Of a stretch of 64,000 nt of DNA, positions 9,505-18,968 are shown one piece after another. The stretch comes from Chthonomonadia bacterium (lineage in GTDB: Bacteria > Armatimonadota > HRBIN16): contig JABUFA010000008.1 of assembly GCA_013314755.1 (NCBI GenBank), forward strand, positions 708 through 64,707, written 5' to 3'. A program made the translations under genes and the position numbers. Position 1 is the first letter of the stretch; each line of letters opens with the position of its first letter. Under the pieces are notes generated by a model, which saw nothing but the letters and a program-made list of their open reading frames with translations, ran no database searches and was not told where the DNA came from.

Positions 9505-9700
9505 TGGAGTGCTGAAGCTTGCTTCAGCGACCTGCACCGGCGGAGGCTTTAACCTGCATGAGCAGGTTTCGTCCTGTGTTGCCTGCGACTTCCAGTCGCA
9601 AGGGCAGAGTAAAAGAGGAGTTTTTGAACTGCTGAAGCATGGCTTCAGCAATCCATATGCCTGCGTTATCAGGTCTCGCCAGACGCGTTCGCGTCGGCGA
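9505..9700. repeat. Cluster of REP-like palindromes
   Basis: An inverted pair, GGAGTGCTGAAGCTTGCTTCAGC (9506-9528) and TGCTGAAGCATGGCTTCAGCAATCCA (9630-9655), flanks hairpins AACCTGC-atga-GCAGGTT (9551-9568) and TGCGACT-tcc-AGTCGCA (9584-9600). A further hairpin lies at 9676-9700. Confidence 0.7.
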
Positions 9701-9857
9701 CGAGCATCCGCGCAATCTGCTGTCTCGCCATCGCAAGAGAGTGTTCGGATACTACACGGCGGAGCGATGCCTGTTCAGCGTGACGCGACAGGAAACGGAT
9801 ACTGTGCCGACGTAGAATCATCCCGTACACGCACGCGGAGGGCAGAAGGACCCGGCA

Positions 9858-11249
9858 ATGCTCCATATCGATAACAGTCTGACTCCCGACGATTTGACCG
9901 CCGCCATCGGCAGGATGTGGGAACTGTCGGCGCAGAAACTGCTGGCAATCGAGCAGACCTGGTCGCCCGGGGCTGGTGCGCCGGTGTTCACGGTAGGTGG
10001 GCGCTACACCAGCCGCGCGTGGACCGACTGGACACAGGGCTTTCAGTTCGGCTCTGCGCTCCTGCAATATGATGCAACCGGCGAGGAGCGGTTCCTGCAT
10101 CTCGGGCGTGAGAACATCTATCGCTATATGCCCGTACACATCACGCACACCGGCGTGCATGACCACGGGTTCAATACCATCAGCACCTATGGCAACCTGT
10201 GGCGACTGTTTCGCGAGGGGCGCCTTCCCCATGACCCCGCCGAACTGCGCCTGTGCGAACTTGCCATCTGCTGTAGCGGTGCGGTGCAGGCGATGCGATG
10301 GGCACGGACGGCAGACGGTGGAGGCTACATCTACTCGTTCAACGGACCACACTCGCTGTTTGCCGATACCATGCGCACCCTGCGTGTGCTGGCGCTGGCA
10401 CATCTGCTGGGGCATGTGCTGAAAGGCGAAGGTGACCAGCCCATCTCTCTGCTTGAGCGTCTTCTTCAGCACGCGCAAACCACCGCCCGCTACACCGTGT
10501 ACTATGGCGAAGGGCGCGACATCTATGACGTGCGCGGCAGAGTGGCACATGAGAGCCTGTTCAACCCGAACAACGGCAGTTACCGCGCCCCCAGCACCCA
10601 GCAGGGTTACTCGCCATTCAGCACGTGGACGCGCGGACTGGCATGGGTTCTGCTGGGCTTTGCGGAGCAGCTGGAGTTTACCGACGTCCTGCAGGATGCC
10701 CAGCTGGAGCCGTTTGGGGGGTGCACCGCCGTACAGGAACTGCTCCTTCGCCCCGCGCTGACAACGGCAGATTTCTACCTGCAGAACACGCCCACCGACG
10801 GCATCCCTTACTGGGATACCGGCGCGCCGGGGTTGGTGCATCTGGGCGACTATCTGAACCGACCAGCAGACCCCTTCAATCCATACGAGCCGGTGGACAG
10901 CTCCGCCGCTGCCATTGCCGCGCAGGGACTGCTGAGACTGGGGCACTGGCTGAGCGGACAGGGAAGAGATGAGGAGGGCACACGCTACTGGCAAGCTGGA
11001 TTGACGGTGCTGAAACGCCTGTTAGAGGAGCCGTACCTGTGCACCGACCCCCACCATCAGGGGCTGTTACTGCACAGCGTGTATCACCGCCCAAACGGCT
11101 GGGACCATGTGCCCGAAGGTCAGCGCGTGCCCGGCGGCGAAGCCACCATGTGGGGTGACTACCACCTGCGCGAGGTGTGCCTGTACGTTCAGCGTATCGC
11201 ACGGGACGAACGATACCATGCGTTTTTTGCACCGACGGAGGGAGGTTAG
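9858..11249 (+). CDS. Glycoside hydrolase family 88-like (alpha/alpha)6 protein
   Basis: WTDWTQGF, HDHGFN, QQGYSPFSTWTRGLAW, PYWD, DSSAAAIAA and WGDYH resemble unsaturated glucuronyl hydrolase motifs. Confidence 0.75.
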   Translation: MLHIDNSLTPDDLTAAIGRMWELSAQKLLAIEQTWSPGAGAPVFTVGGRYTSRAWTDWTQGFQFGSALLQYDATGEERFLHLGRENIYRYMPVHITHTGVHDHGFNTISTYGNLWRLFREGRLPHDPAELRLCELAICCSGAVQAMRWARTADGGGYIYSFNGPHSLFADTMRTLRVLALAHLLGHVLKGEGDQPISLLERLLQHAQTTARYTVYYGEGRDIYDVRGRVAHESLFNPNNGSYRAPSTQQGYSPFSTWTRGLAWVLLGFAEQLEFTDVLQDAQLEPFGGCTAVQELLLRPALTTADFYLQNTPTDGIPYWDTGAPGLVHLGDYLNRPADPFNPYEPVDSSAAAIAAQGLLRLGHWLSGQGRDEEGTRYWQAGLTVLKRLLEEPYLCTDPHHQGLLLHSVYHRPNGWDHVPEGQRVPGGEATMWGDYHLREVCLYVQRIARDERYHAFFAPTEGG

Positions 11250-11251
11250 AG

Positions 11252-12922
11252 ATGTCTGTGCGTCCATCCATTCAGGCGAGCGATGTGGTCTTCATGTATG
11301 CGCCGGAGCCTGCGCAGTACGATATTTACTCTGGCACGGTTACTGCATGGGGCGGGCGAGCACGCTCACTGCAATCCCGTGATGTGGAAGCCTTTCGGGC
11401 GCGGGTGAACGAAGCCAAAAAACGCAAGATGCGCTACTGCGCCAGCGTGGACTTCCTGGTGGACTTTGGCGGGTTCATCGACTTCCGCCCGGACAACTTC
11501 ATGGAAGCCGTCTGCCGCGATCTGGACGGCAATCCCCTTCGCGTGCCCTGGCTCCATGACCACAGCCACAAGGGGCATCCCGCCTACTGGTTCTGCACAA
11601 ACAACCCGGACTATCGCGCCTATCTGATGGATCAGGTCAAGCGCGCCTGTGTGGCGCCGATAGACGGGCTGCACATCGACGACTATCGGGGCACGTTTGC
11701 GTGCGCTTCATGGAACGGTGGGTGCTTTTGTGAGCACTGTATGAAGGGCTTCCGCGACTACCTGCGGCGAACGGGGGGAATGTCTTTCCCCAATACGGAG
11801 GCGGCGGAGCGGTTTGACTATCGGGAGTACCTGCGCCGGTTTGGAGTGACCGCCCAGAAGTTCCGCGCCAACCCACGAGAAGCGCCCCTCGGCGAGCAAT
11901 TTCTGAACTTTCAGCGCGAGCAGATGATGGAGCTGATTCGGCAGGTGTTCGAGCAGGCGGAGCGGACACGCGGTAAACTGCTGTTGCGCAGTGTCAACTC
12001 CAGCGCATCCTCCGCCGAGGCAGTAATCGTCGAGCCGCTGGTGGACTACTTCTGCGGCGAGGTGGACCACCACGCTTCGTCTGGCACGCTCTCGCAGGAG
12101 CCAATCTTCGTGTACCGGGTGGTCGAGGCGTTTGGCAAGCGACAGACCGCCACCGCTACCGGCTGGGACTGGGCATGGATAGCTGCCAACAACAAGCCGG
12201 GCATGGTGCAGGCGTGGATTGCGCAGGCTTACGCCTTCGGTTCCGCCTTCATGGTCCCGCATAACCAGTGGTGCTACACCCCCGAGAAGGGCACGCACTG
12301 GTGGAAAGGCAAGCCGGAGGACTTCGCCTTCCTGTACCGTTTCGTGCGGGAGCATCATTACCTGCTGGACGACTACTATCCGCTCACCAACACCGTGCTG
12401 GATTTTGACGAGAGCGAGTTCGAAGAGGCGAAGCGTATCGCGATAGAGATGATCGTCGCCAATGTGCCTTTCGCGGTGAAATATCGGGAGCGGCTGATAG
12501 AACATGTGGCGAAAAGTGTTTCACGAGACAGCATTCCAGTCCCCGCTTACTGGAACATGAGGGATGACTCCCGGCGATGGCGAGGAATTGCCGACCTTTC
12601 GGAACGGTCCGCGAAGCAGGTGCGGGTAGAGTCGGAGGGGGTTTTTGTCGTTTCCCCGCGCCGCCGGTTGACGCGAGGTCGCTATCCGGTGGTATGCCAC
12701 CTCCTCAATCGCGATTACGACAGGGAGAGAGACGCCATAAACCCCGCGGATGTTTCGGTCGGCATCCTGCGCGATCTGCTGCCTGCCGGTTTCAATCCGC
12801 GCGAGGCGGATCTTTTCGCGCCCGGTCAGAAAGCGAGGCGCGTGCCGGTGAAACGGCTGGGCGAGCACATCGTGTTTGAGGTCAAGGGGGCAGGCTTGTG
12901 GATGATCGCGGCGCTGATATAG
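11252..12922 (+). CDS. Hypothetical glycoside hydrolase-like TIM-barrel protein
   Basis: CTNNPDYRAY, DGLHIDD and CFCEHC, as in GH42-like/uncharacterised GH folds. Starts 2 nt after the GH88-like gene. Confidence 0.55.
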   Translation: MSVRPSIQASDVVFMYAPEPAQYDIYSGTVTAWGGRARSLQSRDVEAFRARVNEAKKRKMRYCASVDFLVDFGGFIDFRPDNFMEAVCRDLDGNPLRVPWLHDHSHKGHPAYWFCTNNPDYRAYLMDQVKRACVAPIDGLHIDDYRGTFACASWNGGCFCEHCMKGFRDYLRRTGGMSFPNTEAAERFDYREYLRRFGVTAQKFRANPREAPLGEQFLNFQREQMMELIRQVFEQAERTRGKLLLRSVNSSASSAEAVIVEPLVDYFCGEVDHHASSGTLSQEPIFVYRVVEAFGKRQTATATGWDWAWIAANNKPGMVQAWIAQAYAFGSAFMVPHNQWCYTPEKGTHWWKGKPEDFAFLYRFVREHHYLLDDYYPLTNTVLDFDESEFEEAKRIAIEMIVANVPFAVKYRERLIEHVAKSVSRDSIPVPAYWNMRDDSRRWRGIADLSERSAKQVRVESEGVFVVSPRRRLTRGRYPVVCHLLNRDYDRERDAINPADVSVGILRDLLPAGFNPREADLFAPGQKARRVPVKRLGEHIVFEVKGAGLWMIAALI

Positions 12923-13704
12923 TCGCGGAGCGCGAGCATCCTGTCGCGCTGGTTACCGGGGGCACGCGGGGCATCGGACTGGGTGTCGCCCGTGCGCTGG
13001 CGCGGGAAGGCTATGCCCTGGCGCTGAACGGCGTGCGTGCTCCCGAATCGGTACAGCCGGTGCTGGAAGAACTGCGTGCGCAGGGCGTGCCCGTGGAATA
13101 CTTTCAGGCGGACATCAGCCAGCCTGCGGGAAGGGATTCGCTCGTGCAGGGGGTGCGGGAGCGTTTCAGGCGGCTGAACGTGCTGGTGAACAACGCCGGA
13201 ATCGCTCCGCCCGTTCGCGCCGACATCCTGGAGGCGACGGAGGATAGCTTTGATACCGTGATGGCGGTCAACCTGCGCGCTCCCTACTTTCTCACGCAGG
13301 CGGTGGCACGCTGGATGATAGAGCAGAAGCAGGCGGACCCCGAATACCGCGGGTGTATCGTGTTCATCACCTCCATCTCCGCCACCATTGCTTCTACCAA
13401 TCGCGGCGAATACTGCATCTCCAAAGCGGGGCTGGCGATGGCGGCGCAATTGTGGGCGGTCCGGCTGGCGGAATATGATATTCCCGTGTACGAGGTGCGC
13501 CCGGGCATCATCCAGACCGACATGACCGCGCCCGTGCAGGAACGCTACAACCGTCTGATTGCCGAGGGGCTGACGCTTCAACGGCGATGGGGCACGCCCG
13601 ATGACGTGGGCAGGGCAGTGGCGATGCTGGCGCGGGGCGACCTGCCTTACTCTACGGGGGCGGTCATCATGGTGGACGGCGGGCTGACGGTGGCACGCCT
13701 GTAG
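12898..13704 (+). CDS. SDR family oxidoreductase (3-ketoacyl-ACP reductase-like)
   Basis: TGGTRGIG, NNAG, YCISK catalytic motif, PGIIQTDMT, VDGG. Confidence 0.88.
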   Translation: MDDRGADIVAEREHPVALVTGGTRGIGLGVARALAREGYALALNGVRAPESVQPVLEELRAQGVPVEYFQADISQPAGRDSLVQGVRERFRRLNVLVNNAGIAPPVRADILEATEDSFDTVMAVNLRAPYFLTQAVARWMIEQKQADPEYRGCIVFITSISATIASTNRGEYCISKAGLAMAAQLWAVRLAEYDIPVYEVRPGIIQTDMTAPVQERYNRLIAEGLTLQRRWGTPDDVGRAVAMLARGDLPYSTGAVIMVDGGLTVARL

Positions 13705-13741
13705 CCCCAAAGGTGGTAGAATAGAGCTGGAGGTGAGGGCG

Positions 13742-14002
13742 GTGAAGGTCGCCATTCGTGCCCGTTTTGATGGCGAAGTATTCGTGCCCGAAGAGCCGGT
13801 GGACCTGGCAGAGGGGGAGAGGGTGCTGATACAAGTACTGTCGCCGGTGCCTTTTGCAGGCAAGGCAGTAACGCCGGAGGAAGTAGAGGCAGTACTTGCG
13901 GAACTTCGCATGACCGCCCTGGAGCGTTTTGTGTCGCGGGGAGTTTCGGGCGTTAATCTTCCCGATGAGGCGTTGCGACGGGAGAGCATCTATGAGGATT
14001 GA
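13742..14002 (+). CDS. Putative antitoxin (DUF104/AF2212-like)
   Basis: KVAIRARFDGEVFVPEEPVDLAEGERV N-terminus and LRRESIYED C-terminus; overlaps a PIN-domain gene. Confidence 0.75.
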   Translation: MKVAIRARFDGEVFVPEEPVDLAEGERVLIQVLSPVPFAGKAVTPEEVEAVLAELRMTALERFVSRGVSGVNLPDEALRRESIYED

Positions 14003-14444
14003 AAAGCTGCTGGTGGACAGCAACGTGCTTCTTCGCCTGAGTGATTTGAGCAGTCCCCAGCATCCCATCTGTCGTCAAGCAATGCTTGAGTGTATCCGTA
14101 AAGGCATTCCCCTGACAGTCTGCACCCAGATACTGATAGAGTTCTGGAGCGTTTCCACTCGTCCTCTTGATGTCAACGGGTTGAATCGTACCATGGATGA
14201 CACATACCAGTCTTGCCTTGACATCCTGAACTTCGCCCTCTTCCTGCCTGAACCAGAGGATATTTTTGACCGATGGCTGGACCTCGTTCACCGCTATGAG
14301 GTGCGGGGTAAACAGGTGCATGATGCCCGTCTGGTGGCTTTCGCGTAGGCGCATGGCATCTCGCAGATACTGACGCTCAATCCACAAGATTTCGCCCGCT
14401 ACACTGAAGTTACCACCATCCTGCCGAAAGACGTTCTGCGCTGA
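13992..14444 (+). pseudogene. vapC: VapC/PIN-domain toxin interrupted by an in-frame TAG at 14346-14348
   Basis: LLVDSNVL, QILIEF and VHDARLVAFA*AHGISQILTLNPQDFARY: PIN homology continues in frame past the TAG to TGA at 14444. Confidence 0.8.
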
Positions 14445-14460
14445 CGACTGGTATGACAAA

Positions 14461-14521
14461 AAGCCCCTTCCCCTATTCCGCATGATGTTTGAGCGTCACG
14501 CTGAGCAGGATGAAGGGGCTT
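14461..14521. terminator. Inverted repeat between convergent vapC and OFOR beta genes (possible terminator)
   Basis: AAGCCCCTTC ... GAAGGGGCTT, with an A-run upstream and a T-run downstream. The loop is long. Confidence 0.35.
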
Positions 14522-14539
14522 GAGAGCCTTTTTACTGCC

Positions 14540-15421
14540 CTATTGATACCTTCGGAACAACTGCTCCACGCTGGGGTTTTCGGTATACGCCTGTCGTTTA
14601 ATCATGGCGACCTGTTCGTCCAGCGTGGGGCGGTCCACCCGGTAGAAGATGCCGATGGGAAACATCCCGTCTTCTTCTGCCAGGCGCAGGGCGGCTAACT
14701 TGTCTGTCGGGTCGTGCGTGTCGGGTATCTCGTATACTTTGCCTTTGTAGTAGTCGTAGGTCTGGACCTTGTTAAAGGTCACACAGGGGCTGAAGACGTC
14801 CACCAGCGCGAATCCGGGATGCTTGATGGCTTCGGCGAAGATACGTGCCAGATGATTGGGCATGCTGGAGTATCCACGCGCCACAAAGGTGGCTCCCGAC
14901 ACGATAGCAATCTGCAACGGGTTCAGCGCACCTTCCACATTGCCGAAGGGCGTGGTCTTCGTCACGAACTGCAGTGAGCTGGTCGGCGAGGTCTGCCCTT
15001 TGGTCAAGCCGTAAATCTGGTTGTTCATGACGATATAGGTGATGTCGATATTGCGTCGCGCGGCGTGCGGGAAGTGCCCGAGACCGATGGAGTAGCCATC
15101 GCCATCGCCCCCGACACCAATGACCGTCAGCTCGGGGTTCGCCAGCTTGATGCCAGTGGCGACGGGTAAAACGCGCCCATGCACGCCATGAAAGCCGTAC
15201 GTGACCACAAAGCCCGGCAGTCGGCTGGAGCATCCGATGCCCGATACGAGCACGGTCTTGTCGGGGTCCAGGTTCAGCTGGCTCAGCGCCTTGAAAAGCG
15301 CATTGAGCACGCCGTAGTCACCACAGCCGGGGCACCATATCGGTTCCAGGTCGCTCTTATAGTCTTTTGGCTGGCGCTGGACCTGTTGCGTTTCCACGTG
15401 AATGGTCTGAGTGTTTTCCAT
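14540..15421 (-). CDS. 2-oxoacid:ferredoxin oxidoreductase beta subunit
   Basis: WCPGCGD, SGIGCSSR, HGR, GGDGD (TPP-binding), YGLTKGQTSPT, SPCVTFN. Start at ATG after AGGAGG. Confidence 0.93.
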   Translation of the reverse strand: MENTQTIHVETQQVQRQPKDYKSDLEPIWCPGCGDYGVLNALFKALSQLNLDPDKTVLVSGIGCSSRLPGFVVTYGFHGVHGRVLPVATGIKLANPELTVIGVGGDGDGYSIGLGHFPHAARRNIDITYIVMNNQIYGLTKGQTSPTSSLQFVTKTTPFGNVEGALNPLQIAIVSGATFVARGYSSMPNHLARIFAEAIKHPGFALVDVFSPCVTFNKVQTYDYYKGKVYEIPDTHDPTDKLAALRLAEEDGMFPIGIFYRVDRPTLDEQVAMIKRQAYTENPSVEQLFRRYQ

Positions 15422-15435
15422 CTGTACCTCCTGCC

Positions 15436-17175
15436 TCACATCCGGGCAACGTGGATGATTTCCTCTTTAATCTCTTCGGGGTCGAAGGGCAGACCCGTGT
15501 CCTTCGCATACGAGATAGGACGGACGTTAGTCTGCGCACGCAGGTAAGCCGCAAACTCGCCGGTGAAGTTCTTTTCGGGAACCAGCACCCTCTTCACCTT
15601 GCTGGCGAACTCCTCGATGATATGCACCGGAAGGGGCATCAGCATCTTGGGATAGAGCGCAGCCGCCTTCACGCCTTCCGCCTGCGCCAGCTGCATCGCC
15701 TCACGGATAACCCCCTCGGTGGATCCCCAGCCGATAATGCCCACATCGGCGCCTTCGGGGTCGCCCCAGATGCGCACGAACTGCTCGGCATACTCCTCGC
15801 CAAGTGTTTGCAGTTTGCGGAAGCGCTTGGACTTCATCGCCTGCAGATTTTCGGGGGTGTAGGTTGGGTCACTATATTCGTTGTGCTCGATGCCGGTCGC
15901 CGTGTATGCCAGTCCGGGCATACCGGGTATCGCCATCGGTGAGATGCCCGTTTCGGTAATCGCGTAGCGGGCGTATTCGCCGTTGGTGCCGGGTTCAGGG
16001 ACGATTCGCTCCCATCGCGGCACGCGCATCAGGTCGGGTTTCGGGATGGTACAGCGACGGTGTCCCAGCGACTGGTCCGAGAGCACAATCACCGGCACCT
16101 GGTATCGCTCGGCGATGTTCAGTGCGTGCTGGACCAGGTAGAAACAGTCTTCCACACTGGTAGGCGCCAGCACTACGCGCGGGGATTCGTTGTGCACGCC
16201 ATACACGGCAATGTTCAGGTCGCCCTGTGAGGTTTTGGTGGGCAAGCCGGTACTGGCGCCGCCGCGCTGAACGTCCACAATCACCGCCGGGATTTCCGCC
16301 TGCCCCGCCAGGTTAATCTGCTCCACCATCAGCGAGAGTCCGGGACCAGAGGTGGCGGTCATGGCGCGCTTGCCGGCGAAAGAGGCTCCCAGCACCATGC
16401 CCAGCGCTGCGATTTCGTCCTCTGCCTGCATTACCACTCCACCAAAGCGGGGTAGAATGGGAGCCAGCACCTCCATAATGTCAGTAGCGGGGGTGATGGG
16501 ATAGCCTGCATAGAATTCCAGCCCGCCGTGCACTGCTCCCAGCGCCAGCGCTTCATTACCGTTGATGATGAGGCGATTGGGGTTGACCTCTGCCACACCC
16601 TGCAGGAGAGGTCTGGAGCAATCCGCATACTGCTCTATATAGTTATAACCAGCATGCAGTGCCTGAAAGTTCTTCTGTACAACCTCTTCGCCCTTGCGCT
16701 TGAAGGTCTGTTCGGCAATCTGCTCACCTGCTTGCACGGGAGCGCCGATGTAGCGCAGGATTGCCCCCAGCGCCACCACGTTCTTGGTGAGCACGGAGCC
16801 AATCTCCTTTTTGGCAATGGTGCCTATGGGTACGGGAACAACGCAATTGTTGGGCAGGTCGTGCACGGGAACGTTGTCGCTGTCGTAAATCAGCGTGCCT
16901 CCGGGGCGCAGAGCACTGATGTTATCACGGTATCCCTCTTCGTTCAGCGCCACGAAAATATCTACCTGACTACCGTAGGAAAGAAGCAGGTGGTCTGCTA
17001 CGCGCACCTGATACAGGACGGTGCCTCCTTTGATTTCTGCGGGATAGGTGCGGAAGGTATATACTTCATACCCCAGGCGCGCCAGCGCCGTCGTCAGCAT
17101 CTCGCCGAGGCTCAGCACTCCTTCGCCCGACTCTCCCGCCAGACGCACCACAAAATCGGTTCGTGAGCCTTCCAT
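15436..17175 (-). CDS. 2-oxoacid:ferredoxin oxidoreductase alpha subunit (gamma-alpha fusion)
   Basis: AGESGEGV, YPAEIKGG, GNEALALG, YAGYPITPAT, QAEDEIAA, TATSGPG, QRGGASTGLPTK. Confidence 0.93.
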   Translation of the reverse strand: MEGSRTDFVVRLAGESGEGVLSLGEMLTTALARLGYEVYTFRTYPAEIKGGTVLYQVRVADHLLLSYGSQVDIFVALNEEGYRDNISALRPGGTLIYDSDNVPVHDLPNNCVVPVPIGTIAKKEIGSVLTKNVVALGAILRYIGAPVQAGEQIAEQTFKRKGEEVVQKNFQALHAGYNYIEQYADCSRPLLQGVAEVNPNRLIINGNEALALGAVHGGLEFYAGYPITPATDIMEVLAPILPRFGGVVMQAEDEIAALGMVLGASFAGKRAMTATSGPGLSLMVEQINLAGQAEIPAVIVDVQRGGASTGLPTKTSQGDLNIAVYGVHNESPRVVLAPTSVEDCFYLVQHALNIAERYQVPVIVLSDQSLGHRRCTIPKPDLMRVPRWERIVPEPGTNGEYARYAITETGISPMAIPGMPGLAYTATGIEHNEYSDPTYTPENLQAMKSKRFRKLQTLGEEYAEQFVRIWGDPEGADVGIIGWGSTEGVIREAMQLAQAEGVKAAALYPKMLMPLPVHIIEEFASKVKRVLVPEKNFTGEFAAYLRAQTNVRPISYAKDTGLPFDPEEIKEEIIHVARM

Positions 17176-17337
17176 CGGACCACTCCTTTGTGTCGTCAGA
17201 AGATGCGACATCGCACCTCGTTATTTCAATTATACCGCATTCGGTGCGAGTCACACAATCTTGGCTATGCAAAATGTAAGCTTTTAACCATACTGAAGGA
17301 ATTATACCACGATAACTATTCTTGTCTCCAGCACGGG

Positions 17338-17367
17338 TGAAACTTCAATCCCCTGTCAGCCGTCTAA
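17338..17367 (+). promoter_or_regulatory. ECF-sigma-type promoter upstream of the BON gene
   Basis: TGAAAC-N17-CGTCTAA, resembling the Bacillus SigW/SigM/SigX and E. coli SigE consensus. Confidence 0.55.
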
Positions 17368-17453
17368 TCAATCGGTAAAGCATTTATCGCTAAAACCGCT
17401 TGCATCTCTGGTTGTGCGTCACCTGACCCATGAGGGAAAGGAGGTGACAGGAG

Positions 17454-17693
17454 GTGCCCATAGAGGATGTCGCCCTGCGTCGGCAGCTGATGCACGAGGT
17501 GGCAAAACGCCCTATTGACTACTCATTGCTGGACCTGCACGTGGTGCACGGCGTGGTGTACCTGCGAGGCACAGTGCGGAAGTTGCGCGGCTACGATGCC
17601 GACCCGGCACAGGAGATTGAGAAGCTGTGCCGCATCTTCCGCCAGAAGCCGGGTATCCGCGAAGTGGTCAACGAAGTGACCATCCGGCATTAG
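17454..17693 (+). CDS. Small BON-domain-like protein
   Basis: LDLHVVHGVVYLRGTV...PGIREVVNEVTI BON pattern; strong GGAGG RBS. Confidence 0.65.
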   Translation: MPIEDVALRRQLMHEVAKRPIDYSLLDLHVVHGVVYLRGTVRKLRGYDADPAQEIEKLCRIFRQKPGIREVVNEVTIRH

Positions 17694-17726
17694 CGGTGCG
17701 TTGACGCCCCGCGTGTCGACCGCGAG

Positions 17727-18443
17727 TCACTCCGATTCGCGAGAAGAGAGGGGTATCGGTTTGTCTCTGAACACCAGATACCCGAAGCGATGGGGGCGGT
17801 GGAAAGCCACATTCTCTCCCAGCACCGGTGACCAGCAGGTGTATTCCGTTTCCTTCCCACTCATCTCAATCCGATAGAGGTTCACCCGCCACACGTCGCC
17901 ATCCTGAGGGGGAAGGTTGGGAGCATCACGAAACACCGCAAACGGGATAGACACTTCGCACTGCCAGCCCGCAACCTCCCTGCCGTCTATTACCGTTTTG
18001 CCTGTTTTCACCGCCCATTTCATGCCTTTGGCATCCCACTCGATGAACATGTGAAACTTGCCCTCTTCGAACCACACTACCACGAGGTCAACACAAGCCC
18101 CCAGCGCGTTCCACTCGAACTCGCAGTAGTCGCGCAGGTCCTGACCGGCATCCGCAAAGAACTCTACCACCTCTTCCAGCCACAACAGGTCATCGCGCCG
18201 GCGCATCTTACAGCGGAAATCGTCGTCCTCTACCCAGTAGGCAATGTACAGGTTCTTGGTGTCCCACGCCATTCTGACCCGCGTTTCGCGTTCCGGCGTA
18301 GTGCCGTCTTTCCACGAGGTCAGGCGTATCGCTGGCGCGCGTTTCCATGTGGCTTCGTTCAGCACGCCATCGATGCGGATGCGGTCTATCGTTCGGTAGC
18401 ACTCGTAACGAGGCAAGGGAAACGGTTCACGCCCCTGAATCAT
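17727..18443 (-). CDS. CBM9-like (carbohydrate-binding family 9-like) protein
   Basis: IRIDGVLNEATW, MAWDTKNLYI, EVVEFF, WQCEVSIPF, WRVNLYR, WSP...FHRP.RFG. Upstream TTGACA-N17-TAAGAT. Confidence 0.78.
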   Translation of the reverse strand: MIQGREPFPLPRYECYRTIDRIRIDGVLNEATWKRAPAIRLTSWKDGTTPERETRVRMAWDTKNLYIAYWVEDDDFRCKMRRRDDLLWLEEVVEFFADAGQDLRDYCEFEWNALGACVDLVVVWFEEGKFHMFIEWDAKGMKWAVKTGKTVIDGREVAGWQCEVSIPFAVFRDAPNLPPQDGDVWRVNLYRIEMSGKETEYTCWSPVLGENVAFHRPHRFGYLVFRDKPIPLSSRESE

Positions 18444-18547
18444 GCTTTCGCCCTCCGGCAGATTGGGATTAGCGACATCTTACCGCAGGGCGAAAGGGCT
18501 GTCAAGACATCTTTCTATCAGCTGTCGAATTGCGGTATACTAAAGGC

Positions 18548-18964
18548 ATGAGACGATTTCGCTTCAAACCTGAACCGACGGGCGTACGCACGGAGCTGGG
18601 CGACCTCGAGCGCACCGTGATGGAGACACTGTGGGAGCACGGTGTGTGCACGGCGTCGGAGGTGCATCAGCTGGTCTCACGCACTCATCAGGTCGCACTG
18701 ACCACCATTGCCACCACTCTGGAGCGGCTGTGCAAGAAGGGGCTGGTGGAGCGCAGCGGCGAGCGCAGGAGCTACCAGTACCGCGCGACCCTCAGCAGGG
18801 AACAGCTGGAGCGGCGCATCGTCGGCGAGGCGCTGGCACACCTGGCGCAGCGTTTCCCGGAGGCGCTGGCGGTCTATTTCCATCGTGCCCCCGAAGAGGT
18901 CTCCCCGGAGATGCTTCAGCGCTGGGCGCAGGAGATCCGTCAGATGGAAGAGGAGGAGGGCTAG
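18548..18964 (+). CDS. BlaI/MecI/CopY family transcriptional repressor
   Basis: LGDLERTVMETLW, ALTTIATTLERLCKKGLVER, YQYRATLSRE winged helix. The ATG is 6 nt after a TATACT box, so probably leaderless. Confidence 0.88.
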   Translation: MRRFRFKPEPTGVRTELGDLERTVMETLWEHGVCTASEVHQLVSRTHQVALTTIATTLERLCKKGLVERSGERRSYQYRATLSREQLERRIVGEALAHLAQRFPEALAVYFHRAPEEVSPEMLQRWAQEIRQMEEEEG

Positions 18965-18968
18965 CTCC

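Noticed and set aside
9790-9820. sigmaH-like motif upstream of the GH88-like gene
   Set aside because: The AGGA-to-GAAT spacing is 21 nt, outside the 17-18 nt seen at the other sites.
14346-14348. Pyrrolysine or genome-wide stop-codon reassignment
   Set aside because: TAG and TGA terminate many normal genes in the window and no pyl genes are seen.
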